Part shown: positions 19,822-34,812 of the stretch, piece after piece
Layout: each line of letters opens with the position of its first letter
Numbering within the stretch: position 1 is the stretch's first letter
Assembly: GCA_902538565.1 (NCBI GenBank)
Contig: CACBFQ010000002.1
Location: 285,908 to 349,907, forward strand
Length of the DNA stretch: 64,000 nt
Source: an uncultured Fidelibacterota bacterium
GTDB taxonomy: Bacteria; Fidelibacterota; Marinisomatia; Marinisomatales; Marinisomataceae
Direction of reading: 5' to 3'
Program-made: the position numbers and the translations under genes
The notes under the pieces: generated by a model
What the model was told of the DNA's origin: nothing
The model's input: only the letters and a program-made list of their open reading frames with translations
The model's database searches: none

Positions 19822-21553
19822 CTAAAATCTTTATTCCAAGTTCATTTAATTGTTCTTCTGAAACAAGGTTTGGAGCTTCTTCCATCAAGGCAGATGCTGA
19901 TGTTGTCTTCGGAAATGCAATAACGTCTCTAATATTTGTCACTCCTGCTAACAACATGACTAATCTATCTAACCCAAATGCAATACCGCCATGAGGAGGA
20001 GTACCATATTTAAGTGCATCTATAAAAAATCCAAATTTTTCCGAAATTTCCTTATCAGAGAGATTCATTATTTTAAATATATCCTTTTGCAATTTATGGT
20101 CATGGATTCTTATTGAACCTCCAGCTACTTCATAACCATTAATTACTATATCATAGCCTTTAGAAATAATATCTCCAGGATTTGATAAAACATTTTCTAT
20201 ATCAGAGTCTTTTGGAGCAGTAAAAGGATGATTTACAGAATCAAATCTTTCAGTCTCGTCGTTCCAATCAAATAAAGGAAAATCTACAATCCAAACAGGA
20301 GCAAACAGGCTATTATCCTTAAGATTTAATATATCGCCAAGCCTACTTCTTACTTTTCCAAGAATTTTGAGTGAATTATTTAGATTATCACCAACCATAA
20401 AACATATTGAGTTATCTTTAATTCCAAAATTGCTAATGATTTCATTACGAAGCTCAGAATCAAAAAATTTAGAAATTCCACCCTCAAAATCACCATTATT
20501 CACTTTATACCACGCTAGTCCTTTAGCACCAATTGATTGAGCATAAGCATCCATTTCGTCTATAACTTTTCTGGAAAATTTATCAGCTTCTTGAATGTGA
20601 ATCATTCTTACAGCCTCGCAAGAAGAAAATGCTTTAAAATCAGATTTGTCTGAAAAAGGCTTGAAATCATTGATAATCATTTCAAATCTTAAATCAGGCT
20701 TATCAGTACCATATTTTTCAATAGCTTCTTTATATGCAAGAATTGGAAAATCATTTAAATCTACATTAATTATGTCTTTAAATACTTTGACAATTAAATT
20801 TTGAACTAAATTTCTGACTTCGTCTTCATCCACAAAACTCATTTCTAAATCAATTTGAGTAAACTCAGGTTGACGATCAGATCTTAAATCTTCATCTCTA
20901 AAACATTTAACGATTTGAAAATATCTATCTAAGCCTGAAATCATAAATAGTTGCTTATACATTTGTGGAGATTGTGGTAAAGCATAGAATTGACCATTGT
21001 GAACTCTGCTAGGTACTAAATAATCTCTAGCACCTTCAGGAGTCGACTTCATCAAAACCGGTGTTTCAATCTCTAAAAAATTATTTTCTGATAAGAAATT
21101 TCTTACTACCTGAGCTGTTTTATGTCTAATAATTAAATTACTTTGAAGAGAAGAATTTCTAAGCTCTAAATATCTATATTTTAATCTATGCTCTTCCGAA
21201 GATGCTTCTCGATTTTGTATGGATAGAGGCATAGGTTCAGCAGTGCTTAATAAATCAATTTTTTCCACTAAAACTTCAATTTCCCCTGTTGATAAATCAG
21301 GATTGATTAAATCTTTTTCTCTTGCAGTAACTTTACCGGAAACATGAATAACATCTTCATTTGACAAGGTTTTACCAATTTCAATTAATTCATCAGAACT
21401 TAGTATCACCTGCGTTTTCCCAAAACGATCACGAATATCTATAAATATAATCTGACCATGGGTTCTTATAGAGTTTACCCATCCTGAAAGTTGAACGGTA
21501 TTGTCAATATGATTATTATTCAGTTCACCACAATTATGTGTTCTAATAGTCAT
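19802..21553 (-). CDS. aspS: Aspartate--tRNA ligase
   Basis: [59 protein letters not shown]. Confidence 0.98.
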   Translation of the reverse strand: MTIRTHNCGELNNNHIDNTVQLSGWVNSIRTHGQIIFIDIRDRFGKTQVILSSDELIEIGKTLSNEDVIHVSGKVTAREKDLINPDLSTGEIEVLVEKIDLLSTAEPMPLSIQNREASSEEHRLKYRYLELRNSSLQSNLIIRHKTAQVVRNFLSENNFLEIETPVLMKSTPEGARDYLVPSRVHNGQFYALPQSPQMYKQLFMISGLDRYFQIVKCFRDEDLRSDRQPEFTQIDLEMSFVDEDEVRNLVQNLIVKVFKDIINVDLNDFPILAYKEAIEKYGTDKPDLRFEMIINDFKPFSDKSDFKAFSSCEAVRMIHIQEADKFSRKVIDEMDAYAQSIGAKGLAWYKVNNGDFEGGISKFFDSELRNEIISNFGIKDNSICFMVGDNLNNSLKILGKVRSRLGDILNLKDNSLFAPVWIVDFPLFDWNDETERFDSVNHPFTAPKDSDIENVLSNPGDIISKGYDIVINGYEVAGGSIRIHDHKLQKDIFKIMNLSDKEISEKFGFFIDALKYGTPPHGGIAFGLDRLVMLLAGVTNIRDVIAFPKTTSASALMEEAPNLVSEEQLNELGIKILDDEKNV

Positions 21554-21570
21554 TTATAATAATCTAACAA

Positions 21571-24112
<2,542 letters not shown>

Positions 24113-24113
24113 A

Positions 24114-25631
24114 TTAGAAGCTCTTCTTAAATTCCTCTATTGCCTTATTCATCTTTTTACCAAGATCGTCTGAAATATCTCCTGAACTTTTTATTTCTTC
24201 TAAGCATTCAGAATATTTTGACTCAAAATGCTCTAAAAGACCTACTTCAAATTCCTTAACAGACTCTAATTCAATATCATCTAAATAACCCTGACTCGCA
24301 GCATAAATAATTGCAACCTGCTTTTCAGTTGTCATTGGTACATATTGATTCTGTTTTAGAATTTCAACCATTCTTCTTCCTCTTGTAATTTGAGCTGCAG
24401 TTGATTCATCCAAATCTGAAGCAAATTTTGCAAAAGCTTCCAATTCTCTAAATTGAGCTAAATCTAACCTTAATTTACCTGCAATTTTTTTCATAGCTTT
24501 AATCTGTGCACTACCACCAACTCTTGAAACAGATAATCCAACATCAACAGCTGGTCTAACTCCTCCGTTAAACAAGTTTGTATCTAGATAAATCTGTCCA
24601 TCTGTAATTGATATCACGTTTGTTGGAATATATGCAGATACATCACCTTCTTGAGTTTCAATAACTGGAAGTGCGGTAAGCGAACCAGAGCCCAAATCTT
24701 CAGAAAGCTTTGAAGCCCTTTCTAATAATCTGCTATGTAAATAGAATACATCGCCTGGAAACGCTTCTCTTCCAGGAGGCCTTCTTAAAACAAGAGACAT
24801 TTGCCTATATGCAGTAGCTTGTTTTGATAAATCATCATAAACAATTAAACCATGCATACCATTATCTCTATAATATTCTCCCATAGCACAACCTGAATAA
24901 GGAGCAATATATTGTAATGGAGCTGGATCTGAAGCATTTGCTACAACAACAGTTGTGTAATCCATCGCGCCGTTAGCTTCAAGCTCAGCAACAAGCTTTG
25001 CAACTGTTGATGCCTTTTGACCGACAGCAACATAAACACAATATACCGGGCTGTCAGAACTATGAGTGGATTTTTGGTTAATAATAGCATCAATTGCAAT
25101 TGCTGATTTTCCAGTTTGCCTATCACCAATAATTAACTCTCTTTGACCTCTCCCAATTGGGATCATGCTATCAATTGATTTTAATCCAGTTTGTAGGGGT
25201 TCTTTAACCGGAAATCTTTGCATAACACCTAATGCTTTTCTTTCGATTGGTAAGGTTTCTTTAGCATTGATAGGTCCCTTTCCATCCATTGGCTGACCAA
25301 GAGGATCAACAACACGTCCTAAAAGTTCTTTACCAACTGGTACTTCAACAACTTTACCTGTTCTTTTAACTGTATCGCCTTCTTTAACAAGACTACTATC
25401 ACCAAACAGTACTGCGCCAACGTTTTCTTCTTCTAAATTTAAAGCCATCCCAAATACATTATTTGGAAACTCAACCAGCTCAGAACTCATTACGCTTCCA
25501 AGTCCGCTTGTTCTAGCAACACCATCGCCAATTTCTAAAACTTCGCCAACTTCATTAACATCAACACTTTCATTGATATTTTTAATCTGACTTCGAAGCA
25601 AATCGCCAATTTCATTTGTCTTAATATCCAT
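24114..25631 (-). CDS. atpA: F0F1 ATP synthase alpha subunit
   Basis: [30 protein letters not shown]. Confidence 0.99.
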   Translation of the reverse strand: MDIKTNEIGDLLRSQIKNINESVDVNEVGEVLEIGDGVARTSGLGSVMSSELVEFPNNVFGMALNLEEENVGAVLFGDSSLVKEGDTVKRTGKVVEVPVGKELLGRVVDPLGQPMDGKGPINAKETLPIERKALGVMQRFPVKEPLQTGLKSIDSMIPIGRGQRELIIGDRQTGKSAIAIDAIINQKSTHSSDSPVYCVYVAVGQKASTVAKLVAELEANGAMDYTTVVVANASDPAPLQYIAPYSGCAMGEYYRDNGMHGLIVYDDLSKQATAYRQMSLVLRRPPGREAFPGDVFYLHSRLLERASKLSEDLGSGSLTALPVIETQEGDVSAYIPTNVISITDGQIYLDTNLFNGGVRPAVDVGLSVSRVGGSAQIKAMKKIAGKLRLDLAQFRELEAFAKFASDLDESTAAQITRGRRMVEILKQNQYVPMTTEKQVAIIYAASQGYLDDIELESVKEFEVGLLEHFESKYSECLEEIKSSGDISDDLGKKMNKAIEEFKKSF

Positions 25632-26174
25632 TTATACCCCTACTAATTTTGATTTTGCGTTTTCTAATTTTGTTTGCAGACTACTATCATACAATGTGTC
25701 GTCTACTTTAATTTTAAGTCCCCCAATTAAATTTTTATCAACATCAAAGTTGATATCAATTTTCTTATTGATAAGTTCACTCAAAGAATTAGTTATATCA
25801 TCTTTTTGATCACTATTCATTTGACTTGAAGAAACCACTTCAACAAATGCAATATTTAGTTTTTGTTTTGATAGTAATGTAAAATTCTTGGTAACATCTT
25901 TTAATAAATTAATGTCATCGTTTTCTATTACTACTTTTAAAACTTCTACTAGAATAACACTCATTGAGTTTGAAACAGCTTTCTCAAAAAGACTCATTTT
26001 TTCTACACTATCTACTGTCTTCGATTTGAAAAAAGTATTGATAGATAAATCGTCTTTTAAAGAAGCATTAAATTTATCCAATCCATTTTTAACACCTATA
26101 AAATCATCAAATGAGTTAACGGCATCATTTAATAAATTAGAATAAATATTTATTTTTTTAAGATTTTGCTTCAT
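25632..26174 (-). CDS. atpH: F0F1 ATP synthase delta subunit
   Basis: C-terminal VDKNLIGGLKIKVDDTLYDSSL; operon position. Confidence 0.9.
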   Translation of the reverse strand: MKQNLKKINIYSNLLNDAVNSFDDFIGVKNGLDKFNASLKDDLSINTFFKSKTVDSVEKMSLFEKAVSNSMSVILVEVLKVVIENDDINLLKDVTKNFTLLSKQKLNIAFVEVVSSSQMNSDQKDDITNSLSELINKKIDINFDVDKNLIGGLKIKVDDTLYDSSLQTKLENAKSKLVGV

Positions 26175-26664
26175 CTACTTTCACTGCTTCTAACGATGAT
26201 TTAATAAACTTACTATTATCATCATCCTTAACATTCCTTTGTAAAACTTTTGTAGCTAATTCTAGACTGAGATCTACAACTTCTTCTTTAATTTCTTTAA
26301 TAGCTTTTTTCTTCTCAATCTCTATCTTTGACTTTGCATCATCAAGAAATTCATTAGATTTTGCCTTTGCATCATTAAGAATTTTAGCTGCGGACTCTTC
26401 GGCTCTAAGCTTACTATCTCCTACAATTGCTTTACCTTCTTTTTTGGCCTCATTAAGTATTTTTTCAGACTCATCTTTAATCTGTTCAAGATCAGTCTTG
26501 GCACTTTCTGCCATTTTAAGAGATTCTGCAATATCTTTTTCTCTTTCTTCTAAAAAGTCTAAAAGAGGATTCCATGCATACTTTCTTAATACAAAAAGTA
26601 CTGTCATAAAAATAACTAATGACCAGACATATGTGCCAAGTTCTGGCGTTAATAATGGATTCAT
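26158..26664 (-). CDS. atpF: F0F1 ATP synthase b subunit
   Basis: N-terminal TM, LRKYAWNPL...ERE, long coiled coil. Confidence 0.93.
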   Translation of the reverse strand: MNPLLTPELGTYVWSLVIFMTVLFVLRKYAWNPLLDFLEEREKDIAESLKMAESAKTDLEQIKDESEKILNEAKKEGKAIVGDSKLRAEESAAKILNDAKAKSNEFLDDAKSKIEIEKKKAIKEIKEEVVDLSLELATKVLQRNVKDDDNSKFIKSSLEAVKVDEAKS

Positions 26665-26682
26665 ATTATTTCCTTATTTTGA

Positions 26683-27856
<1,174 letters not shown>

Positions 27857-27910
27857 CGACGAAATATAAATAGAAAGTTGTAAGGAAAAACAGAAAAAAA
27901 AGTGTAAATC

Positions 27911-28108
27911 TTAATTATTATTTTTTACATGCTGATATGCACGATAAGAAGCATGAAGAACTCCAAAAATAATTACAAAAATTTTCCAAAAATCGTTTAA
28001 CAGAAAATAAGCTATTAAAAGCCAAGATATAATAATTCCGATGAATTCAAAATAGACCGAATAACTTTCAGCTAAAATAGAACTTAGTTTCTTCTTTTTA
28101 CTCATCAA
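27911..28108 (-). CDS. AtpZ/AtpI-like small membrane protein
   Basis: Two TM segments; first position in the atp cluster; divergent sequence. Confidence 0.55.
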   Translation of the reverse strand: MMSKKKKLSSILAESYSVYFEFIGIIISWLLIAYFLLNDFWKIFVIIFGVLHASYRAYQHVKNNN

Positions 28109-28442
28109 CTATAATGTCACATCTTCCTGAAAATTGAGCACCATCTTCAATAGTAAGAATTTTATACTTTAGATTTCCAACAAGCTCACAGCCTTTTAGA
28201 AGTTCAGCTGGGCCATTAATGAATGCATCACCCTCAATATAACCATTAATTTGAATCATTGAAGCTTCAACATCACCGTAGATTTTTCCACTTTTTGCTA
28301 ATTGAATTGCTCCGTTCGTTTTGACAGAGCCTTTTATCTTTCCATAAATAGTTACATTACCATTTAAAAGTACATTACCATCAATGGCTACATCTTCAGC
28401 AATGATTGTTTGACTATTAGTTGCTTTGGATTGAATTTTCAT
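28098..28442 (-). CDS. Bactofilin (polymer-forming cytoskeletal protein)
   Basis: TIIAEDVAIDGNV, Gly-spaced beta-helix repeats, LTIEDGAQFSG. Confidence 0.9.
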   Translation of the reverse strand: MKIQSKATNSQTIIAEDVAIDGNVLLNGNVTIYGKIKGSVKTNGAIQLAKSGKIYGDVEASMIQINGYIEGDAFINGPAELLKGCELVGNLKYKILTIEDGAQFSGRCDIIVDE

Positions 28443-29173
28443 TGAGATAATTTATCGGATTTTAAGTTAAAATCTTCAAAAAAATTAATTGGATCAATAG
28501 AATTTCCATCTTTCCAAATTTCAAAATGTAAATGAGGACCAGTGGACATTCCAGTATTGCCTAATTTAGCAATTACGTCTCCTGCTTTAACTGTATCCCC
28601 TCTTTTAAAAAAATTTTCCTGGTTATGATAATAATGTGAGAGATACCCATTTTGATGATCTATGATAATAAAATTTCCAAAATCATCTGAGAAATCACTA
28701 AAGACTATTTGTCCGTTTGCTGTTGCAAAAATAGGTGTTCCTTCAATATTTACAACATCTATTCCAAAATGTTTTGTTTCAGTATCATATGTTCTACTAA
28801 TCAAACCATCTGCAGGCTTAACTGTGGGAAGATTATTTGCCAAGATATATCTAATGTTTTTTTCTTTTAAATCATTACTCTTTTCTGTACCAATAATTGA
28901 ATCAATATAAGATTTCATTAAGGCAATCTCTTCAATCGACTTATCAATATTATTAATGATTTCTTGTTGCTGTTTTATTTCTTTGTTTATAGCTGAAACT
29001 CTTAAGTATTCTTTTACAATTGGCGATGAAAAATATAAAAGTGTAATTGAGCCAAGAACCATTATTGATAATACTATAATTGATGAAATAAATGTTAATC
29101 TACTAAATTCTATTTGCCACGATTTATCTGAAAATGGAGATATAAATAAAATTTTATATTTACTTAATTTCAT
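28439..29173 (-). CDS. M23 family metallopeptidase with N-terminal TM and coiled coil
   Basis: HFGIDV (HxGxD), GNTGMSTGPHLHFEIW. Confidence 0.93.
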   Translation of the reverse strand: MKLSKYKILFISPFSDKSWQIEFSRLTFISSIIVLSIMVLGSITLLYFSSPIVKEYLRVSAINKEIKQQQEIINNIDKSIEEIALMKSYIDSIIGTEKSNDLKEKNIRYILANNLPTVKPADGLISRTYDTETKHFGIDVVNIEGTPIFATANGQIVFSDFSDDFGNFIIIDHQNGYLSHYYHNQENFFKRGDTVKAGDVIAKLGNTGMSTGPHLHFEIWKDGNSIDPINFFEDFNLKSDKLSQ

Positions 29174-29177
29174 AAAA

Positions 29178-30008
29178 TTAATCAGACTTAATTGATTGTA
29201 GCTTGTCTAATACCCTGCTTATTGTTTTTTTACTGAAATTAATCTTAATAAAACCTTTTTTGGTTTTAGCATTTTGATTAATAACTACTTTTTCACCAAT
29301 CAATCTCGAAAGCTTATCTTGAATGTTTTGTAATTGAGGAGAAACCTTTCTTTTCGAAGCTAGTTTCTCTGTTTTACGTACTGATATCTTCTCTGTTAAT
29401 AGTTTTTGCCAAAGCTGAAGCATTCCTTGAGTAGTTTTTCTCTGTAAAATTGCTCTTGCTTGCCCTGCATTAATCTCACCTTTTAAGATACTATCTTGGA
29501 TTTGATCAGGAAGCTTTAACAGTCTTAAAGCATTAGAAACTGCAGGCCTTGATTTACCAACAGTTTTTGCTATTTCAGTTATTGAAGATTGTAAATTTTC
29601 TTGAAGGTATTTATATCCTTTAGCCTCTTCTATTGGGTTGAGATCTTCTCTTTGAATATTCTCAATTAGAGCCATATACATTACATCTTTAGTTGTATCT
29701 GCATCAATAACGTAAGCTAAAATTCTTTTTTTGTTTAACAGTTTGTGGGCTCTATATCTTCTTTCACCAGCTACAATAATATATTTGTTGCCAAATTTTT
29801 TGACAGTAATTGGACTAATTAAACCTTTCTCATCTATGGATTGAGCTAATTGTTTAAGAGATTTGTGTTCAAAATTTTTTCTAGGCTGATTAGGATTGGG
29901 TTTAATTTTGCTTAAAAGAATACTGCTTTGATTAAAATCTTCAAGATTGTTCTTTGAAGGAGTTAAAAGAGCTCCTAGTCCTTGACCAAGCTGTTTATTT
30001 TTTTTCAT
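29178..30008 (-). CDS. parB: Chromosome partitioning protein ParB
   Basis: LGQGLGALL, NPNQPRK, IVAGERRYRA, IENIQREDLN, HTH GKSRPAVSNALRLL. Confidence 0.96.
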   Translation of the reverse strand: MKKNKQLGQGLGALLTPSKNNLEDFNQSSILLSKIKPNPNQPRKNFEHKSLKQLAQSIDEKGLISPITVKKFGNKYIIVAGERRYRAHKLLNKKRILAYVIDADTTKDVMYMALIENIQREDLNPIEEAKGYKYLQENLQSSITEIAKTVGKSRPAVSNALRLLKLPDQIQDSILKGEINAGQARAILQRKTTQGMLQLWQKLLTEKISVRKTEKLASKRKVSPQLQNIQDKLSRLIGEKVVINQNAKTKKGFIKINFSKKTISRVLDKLQSIKSD

Positions 30009-30759
30009 TAATTATCTCCAATGCTAAGTCCATATAATCTTTTGCACCCGAACAATTTACATCATACATAATTGCAGGTTTTCCATCGTCTGGTGCTTCA
30101 GCTAATCTTACATTTCGGTTAATTTTAGTTTCAAATAATTTATTTTTAAAATTTGTTTTTAACAAACTCTCAACTTTTTTAGAAAGTTTTAGTCTCTTTG
30201 TATGCATTGTAATCAGCAATCCAAGAATATTCAGCTTATCATTTATATTCTCTTTAACAATTTTAATAGTTTCCTGTAAACTTCTTAAACCTTCAAGTGC
30301 AAAAAATTCGCTTTGAATAGGTATTAAAACATCTGTTGAAGCAGTTAAAGCATTTAATGTTAAAAGACCTAAGGAGGGAGGACAGTCTATTAGGATATAG
30401 TCATAATTTTTTTTCACCCTATTTATCAACTTTAATAACTGCTTTTCTCTATTTGGCAATGAAACCAGCTCTACTTCACAGCCAACTAAATTGGTGTCTG
30501 ATTTTATAAAATCCATATATTCAATAGATGTGTTTGAAATAATGTCTACTATTTTTTTATTTCCAGTAATTGCATCATAGATTGAAAATTCATTATTAAT
30601 ATCAAAATCATTTAATCCTGTCGTAGCATTGGCTTGAGGATCAAAATCAATTAACAAAGTTTTCTTTTCTAAGATACCTAAGCTAGCGGCTAAATTTATT
30701 GCAGTAGTAGTTTTACCTACTCCCCCTTTTTGATTTATTATGGAAATAATTTTTTTCAT
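29995..30759 (-). CDS. parA: Chromosome partitioning ATPase ParA/Soj
   Basis: NQKGGVGKTTT, DFDPQANAT, IDCPPSLG, EFFALEG. Start set at ATG 30759. Confidence 0.96.
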   Translation of the reverse strand: MKKIISIINQKGGVGKTTTAINLAASLGILEKKTLLIDFDPQANATTGLNDFDINNEFSIYDAITGNKKIVDIISNTSIEYMDFIKSDTNLVGCEVELVSLPNREKQLLKLINRVKKNYDYILIDCPPSLGLLTLNALTASTDVLIPIQSEFFALEGLRSLQETIKIVKENINDKLNILGLLITMHTKRLKLSKKVESLLKTNFKNKLFETKINRNVRLAEAPDDGKPAIMYDVNCSGAKDYMDLALEIINEKK

Positions 30760-30837
30760 ATGATTGAAAAATTTAATCGGTAAATAAGGGTAATACAAAG
30801 TTTTTAAAAAATCATTTTATCTAACTTAACTTTAAGA

Positions 30838-31788
30838 GTGAAAGGAAGAATATTAATTACTGGATACAATGGCGAATTAGGTAGTAAAACACTTAAAGAA
30901 TTAGTTAGCATAGGTAAATCGGTTATTGCTTTAGATATAAATGATCCAAAAGAAAAAATTCATTCCGTTAAATACATCAAAGACACTATAGCTAATAAAC
31001 AACTAATAAATTCAATATTTAACGATTATCATATTAGTGAAGTTTATCACTTTGCTGCACTACTAAGCCAAACAGCTGCTCAAAACCCTGAATTGGCATT
31101 TGAAATAAACGAAAAAGCATCGAAAAACTTAATTGATTGTTCGTACAATTTTGGAATAAAAAATAATTGTATCACAAGATTTTTTTTTCCTAGTTCAATT
31201 GCTGTTTATGGCCCAAGAAAAATTGAAAATGCTTCGGAGCAAGATATTATTAAACCAACAACAATTTACGGAAATAATAAACTTATCATTGAACAATATG
31301 GAAGTAAACTACATGAACAAAGTCTATTTAAAAAAATTGGATTAGATTTTAGATCAATTAGGTTTCCAGGAGTAATAAGTTATGATACTGTTCCATGTGG
31401 AGGTACTACAGATTATGCTCCACAAATGATAAATAATGCAAAAAAAGGTGAAAAATTTGAATGCAAGTTATCTCCAAACACAGAACTACCATTTATAGGG
31501 ATAGATAAAACAATATCATCTATTATTGACATAATGGATTTAGAAATAATCGAGTCTAAATTGAGAGCATTTAATGTACAAGAAGCTAATTTTTCTGTTA
31601 CAGAACTAAGTGATTTCCTATTACAAAAATTTCCTTCTTTTCAAATTACGTATAATGAAAATAAAAGTTTTCAATCAGTTGCAGATACGTGGCCCTCAAG
31701 TTTAAATTGTAAAAGAGCGAATAAATTTTGGAATTTCTCTAAAGAAAAAGATTTTGAAGTGTTTTTGGAAAAGATAATTAATAAATAA
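30838..31788 (+). CDS. tdh: L-threonine 3-dehydrogenase, SDR/NAD-epimerase type (GTG start)
   Basis: SSIAVYG, PTTIYGNNK, DFRSIRFPGVIS, GGTTDYA, ADTWP; directly upstream of kbl. Confidence 0.82.
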   Translation: MKGRILITGYNGELGSKTLKELVSIGKSVIALDINDPKEKIHSVKYIKDTIANKQLINSIFNDYHISEVYHFAALLSQTAAQNPELAFEINEKASKNLIDCSYNFGIKNNCITRFFFPSSIAVYGPRKIENASEQDIIKPTTIYGNNKLIIEQYGSKLHEQSLFKKIGLDFRSIRFPGVISYDTVPCGGTTDYAPQMINNAKKGEKFECKLSPNTELPFIGIDKTISSIIDIMDLEIIESKLRAFNVQEANFSVTELSDFLLQKFPSFQITYNENKSFQSVADTWPSSLNCKRANKFWNFSKEKDFEVFLEKIINK

Positions 31789-31790
31789 AT

Positions 31791-32969
31791 ATGAAAGATA
31801 TAGATCAAATATTACAATCTCAGTTAAATGACATCAAAGAGCAAGGTACATTTAAAGAAGAAAGGGTAATCGAAACCGCTCAAGAATCAGAAATAAATGT
31901 AAATGGCAAAAAAGTACTAAACTTTTGTGCAAATAATTATTTAGGTCTTGCAAACAACAGTGAAATTAGAAAAGCAGCTATGCAAGCTATTCAAGAATGG
32001 GGTTTCGGCTTAGGTTCAGTCAGATTCATATGCGGAACTCAAACAATACATAAAGAATTAGAGCAATCAGTTAGTAATTTTTTAAACAAGGATGATACAA
32101 TCTTGTATTCTTCCTGTTTTGATGCAAATGGCGGTTTATTTGAAACAATCTTAGGTGAAGAAGATGCTGTTTTTTCAGATGAGCTAAATCATGCTTCAAT
32201 TATTGATGGTATCAGATTATGTAAAGCTCAAAAGTATAGATATAAAAATTGTGATATGGAAGATTTGCAAGAAAAATTAAGTAATTCAGATGCAAGGGTT
32301 AAGCTGATTGTTACAGATGGAGTTTTTAGCATGGACGGAACAATTGCACCTGTTGACTTGATTGTTCAATTAGCCAAAAAATATAATGCATTAGTTATGG
32401 TAGATGATTGTCATGCTACTGGCTTTATTGGAACAAATGGAAAAGGAAGTGGAGAACATTGTGGAGTTTTAGATAAAGTTGATATTATTTCTTCAACTTT
32501 TGGTAAGGCTCTTGGAGGAGCGTCGGGAGGATTTATTTCTGCATCAAAAAATATTGTAGATACGCTTAGACAAAAATCTAGACCTTACCTTTTTTCAAAT
32601 AGCTTGGCACCAGCATTGGTAGTAGCATGCTTAAAAGCACTGGAAATAATCAATAATAACAAAAACCTTATCACCAAGCTTCATGATAATACGTTATACT
32701 TTAGAGAACGAATTACTGAAATTGGCTATGAAGTAAAAGGAGATTCACATCCAATTGTCCCGATAATGATTTATGATGCCAAGCAAGCAGTTGCTTTGTC
32801 TGAAATGTTATTAGAAAAAAATATTTACGTAATTCCATTTTCATTTCCAGTCGTTCCAAAAAAACAAGCAAGAATAAGGGTACAATTATCTTCTTCTCAT
32901 ACAATGGATCAATTAAAACATTCAATTAGTGCTTTTAAGGAATGCGGTAAAGCTCTAAATATTATTTAA
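31791..32969 (+). CDS. kbl: Glycine C-acetyltransferase (2-amino-3-ketobutyrate CoA ligase)
   Basis: NFCANNYLGL, VRFICGT, DELNHASIIDG, TFGKALGG, RQKSRPYLFSN. Confidence 0.96.
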   Translation: MKDIDQILQSQLNDIKEQGTFKEERVIETAQESEINVNGKKVLNFCANNYLGLANNSEIRKAAMQAIQEWGFGLGSVRFICGTQTIHKELEQSVSNFLNKDDTILYSSCFDANGGLFETILGEEDAVFSDELNHASIIDGIRLCKAQKYRYKNCDMEDLQEKLSNSDARVKLIVTDGVFSMDGTIAPVDLIVQLAKKYNALVMVDDCHATGFIGTNGKGSGEHCGVLDKVDIISSTFGKALGGASGGFISASKNIVDTLRQKSRPYLFSNSLAPALVVACLKALEIINNNKNLITKLHDNTLYFRERITEIGYEVKGDSHPIVPIMIYDAKQAVALSEMLLEKNIYVIPFSFPVVPKKQARIRVQLSSSHTMDQLKHSISAFKECGKALNII

Positions 32970-33013
32970 AAAAATAGTGAAAAAATATCTTAATGTGTTA
33001 AATTCTCTCACTT

Positions 33014-34810
33014 ATGGATAGTTCAATAAGAAATAGATTATTAACAATATTGTTTGTTTTTGGATTAGGAATTTATGCTCTTCTTCCATCACTTAGATAT
33101 TCATTGATGGATGAAGAGAAAAAATCAAATCTTTCTGATAATCAAATAGATTATTTTGAATCAAGAAGTATCAAACAAGGATTAGACTTGAAAGGTGGAA
33201 TTTATATTGTTCTTGAAGTTGATTTACCACAATTGATTGATAACTTAGCTAAAAACAAGGACAATAATTTTAATGGGTTTTTAATTGATTTAAAAAATGA
33301 ATATAATAACTCCTCCAGTGATTTTTTTACTGTCTTTGAAAATTTAGCAGACGAAAAAGAATTAAAACTTCCAAGATATTTTATTAATTATGGAAAAACA
33401 AAAGACCAAATAATCACTCAACTATCTTTACAATCTGAAGATTCAATTAGAAGAGTTATTGAAATTATTCAAAATCGTGTAGACCAATTTGGTGTGGCTG
33501 AACCAACAATTCAAAAACAAGGAAATAATAGAGTTATTGTAGAACTAGCAGGAATTGAAGATTCAGAAAGAGCTAGAGACCTTCTTCAAAGTACAGCATT
33601 ATTAGAATTGATGATTGTTAAAAATGTTGAAAGCACAAATGCAATCATTAGACAAATTGATAGTATTATAACAGCTTCAAATGTTAATGATGTTGAACAA
33701 AATGATCAAATTAATGAATTATTTGATTCAAGCTCATCATCTGAACTAGGATTTTCTTCATTGCTGATATCGGTTGGAGGAAACCTAGCAATTGCTTCAG
33801 AAGACTTAACTGCTCTAAAAGATATTTTATCTAAAGAAGATGTTAAACAAATTTTAGAAGCAACCAATAGTACTATTTTGACGAGTGACTCTTCTATTAA
33901 GCTTATAAATGAAATTGGTGAAGAAGAAGAATTTTATACACTATTCCATTTATTTAATAATGCTGAGCTTACTGGAGGAGTAATTGAAGATGCTCAAATG
34001 AGATTAAGCCAAGCAGGAGTAACTGCTGGACAGGCTGTTGTTGAAGTTGAAATGAATAGTGAAGGCTCCAGAGAATGGGCTAGAATTACAGGTGCTAATA
34101 TAAACAACAGAATTGCTATTGTACTTGATAAGAAAGTGCACATGGCGCCTGTCATAAGAAGTCAAATTTTTGGCGGTGGAACTGTTATTGAAGGATTAGA
34201 TTCAATCGAAGAAGCTGAGGACATAGCTATTGTTTTAAGAGCGGGTGCTTTACCTGTTCCTGTTACAATTGCTGAAGAAAGAACTGTAGGAGCATCTTTA
34301 GGAGCAGATTCAATTAGTAAAGGTACACTATCAATGGCAATTGGTTTACTATTAGTAGTATGTTTCATTGTATTCTTTTATAGGATGTCAGGTTTAATTG
34401 CAAGCTTCTCTGTTATGTGGACTCTAATTTTATTGTTAGGTGTCTTAGCCCTTCTAGAAGCAACGTTAACTCTTCCTGGAATCGCAGGACTAATATTAAC
34501 AGTTGGGATGTCAGTTGATGCTAATGTTATTATTTTTGAAAGAATTAAAGAAGAATTGCGTAATGGGAAATCAGTTAGATCCGCTATTGATTCAGGTTAT
34601 GAAAGAGCAATAAGGACAATTGTAGATGCTAATTTAACTACAGGTATTGCAGCAGCAGTGCTTTATCAATATGGTAGTGGTCCAATAAAAGGTTTTGCAA
34701 CTGTTCTCTTTTGGGGAATTATTGTAAGTATGTTTACTGCTATTATTGTAACAAGATTTGTATTTGATTTTGTAACAACAAGAAAAAATGTAGAAAGACT
34801 GAGTATATAA
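33014..34810 (+). CDS. secD: Protein translocase subunit SecD
   Basis: GLDLKGG, NRVDQFGVAEP, LRAGALP, VGASLG, VDANVIIFERIKEE. Confidence 0.97.
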   Translation: MDSSIRNRLLTILFVFGLGIYALLPSLRYSLMDEEKKSNLSDNQIDYFESRSIKQGLDLKGGIYIVLEVDLPQLIDNLAKNKDNNFNGFLIDLKNEYNNSSSDFFTVFENLADEKELKLPRYFINYGKTKDQIITQLSLQSEDSIRRVIEIIQNRVDQFGVAEPTIQKQGNNRVIVELAGIEDSERARDLLQSTALLELMIVKNVESTNAIIRQIDSIITASNVNDVEQNDQINELFDSSSSSELGFSSLLISVGGNLAIASEDLTALKDILSKEDVKQILEATNSTILTSDSSIKLINEIGEEEEFYTLFHLFNNAELTGGVIEDAQMRLSQAGVTAGQAVVEVEMNSEGSREWARITGANINNRIAIVLDKKVHMAPVIRSQIFGGGTVIEGLDSIEEAEDIAIVLRAGALPVPVTIAEERTVGASLGADSISKGTLSMAIGLLLVVCFIVFFYRMSGLIASFSVMWTLILLLGVLALLEATLTLPGIAGLILTVGMSVDANVIIFERIKEELRNGKSVRSAIDSGYERAIRTIVDANLTTGIAAAVLYQYGSGPIKGFATVLFWGIIVSMFTAIIVTRFVFDFVTTRKNVERLSI

Positions 34811-34812
34811 TT

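Noticed and set aside
27900-30840. Possible oriC near parAB
   Set aside because: No DnaA-box cluster, dnaA or long AT-rich gap seen; the only near-match noticed (TGTGGATAT, 58880-58888) is inside a CDS
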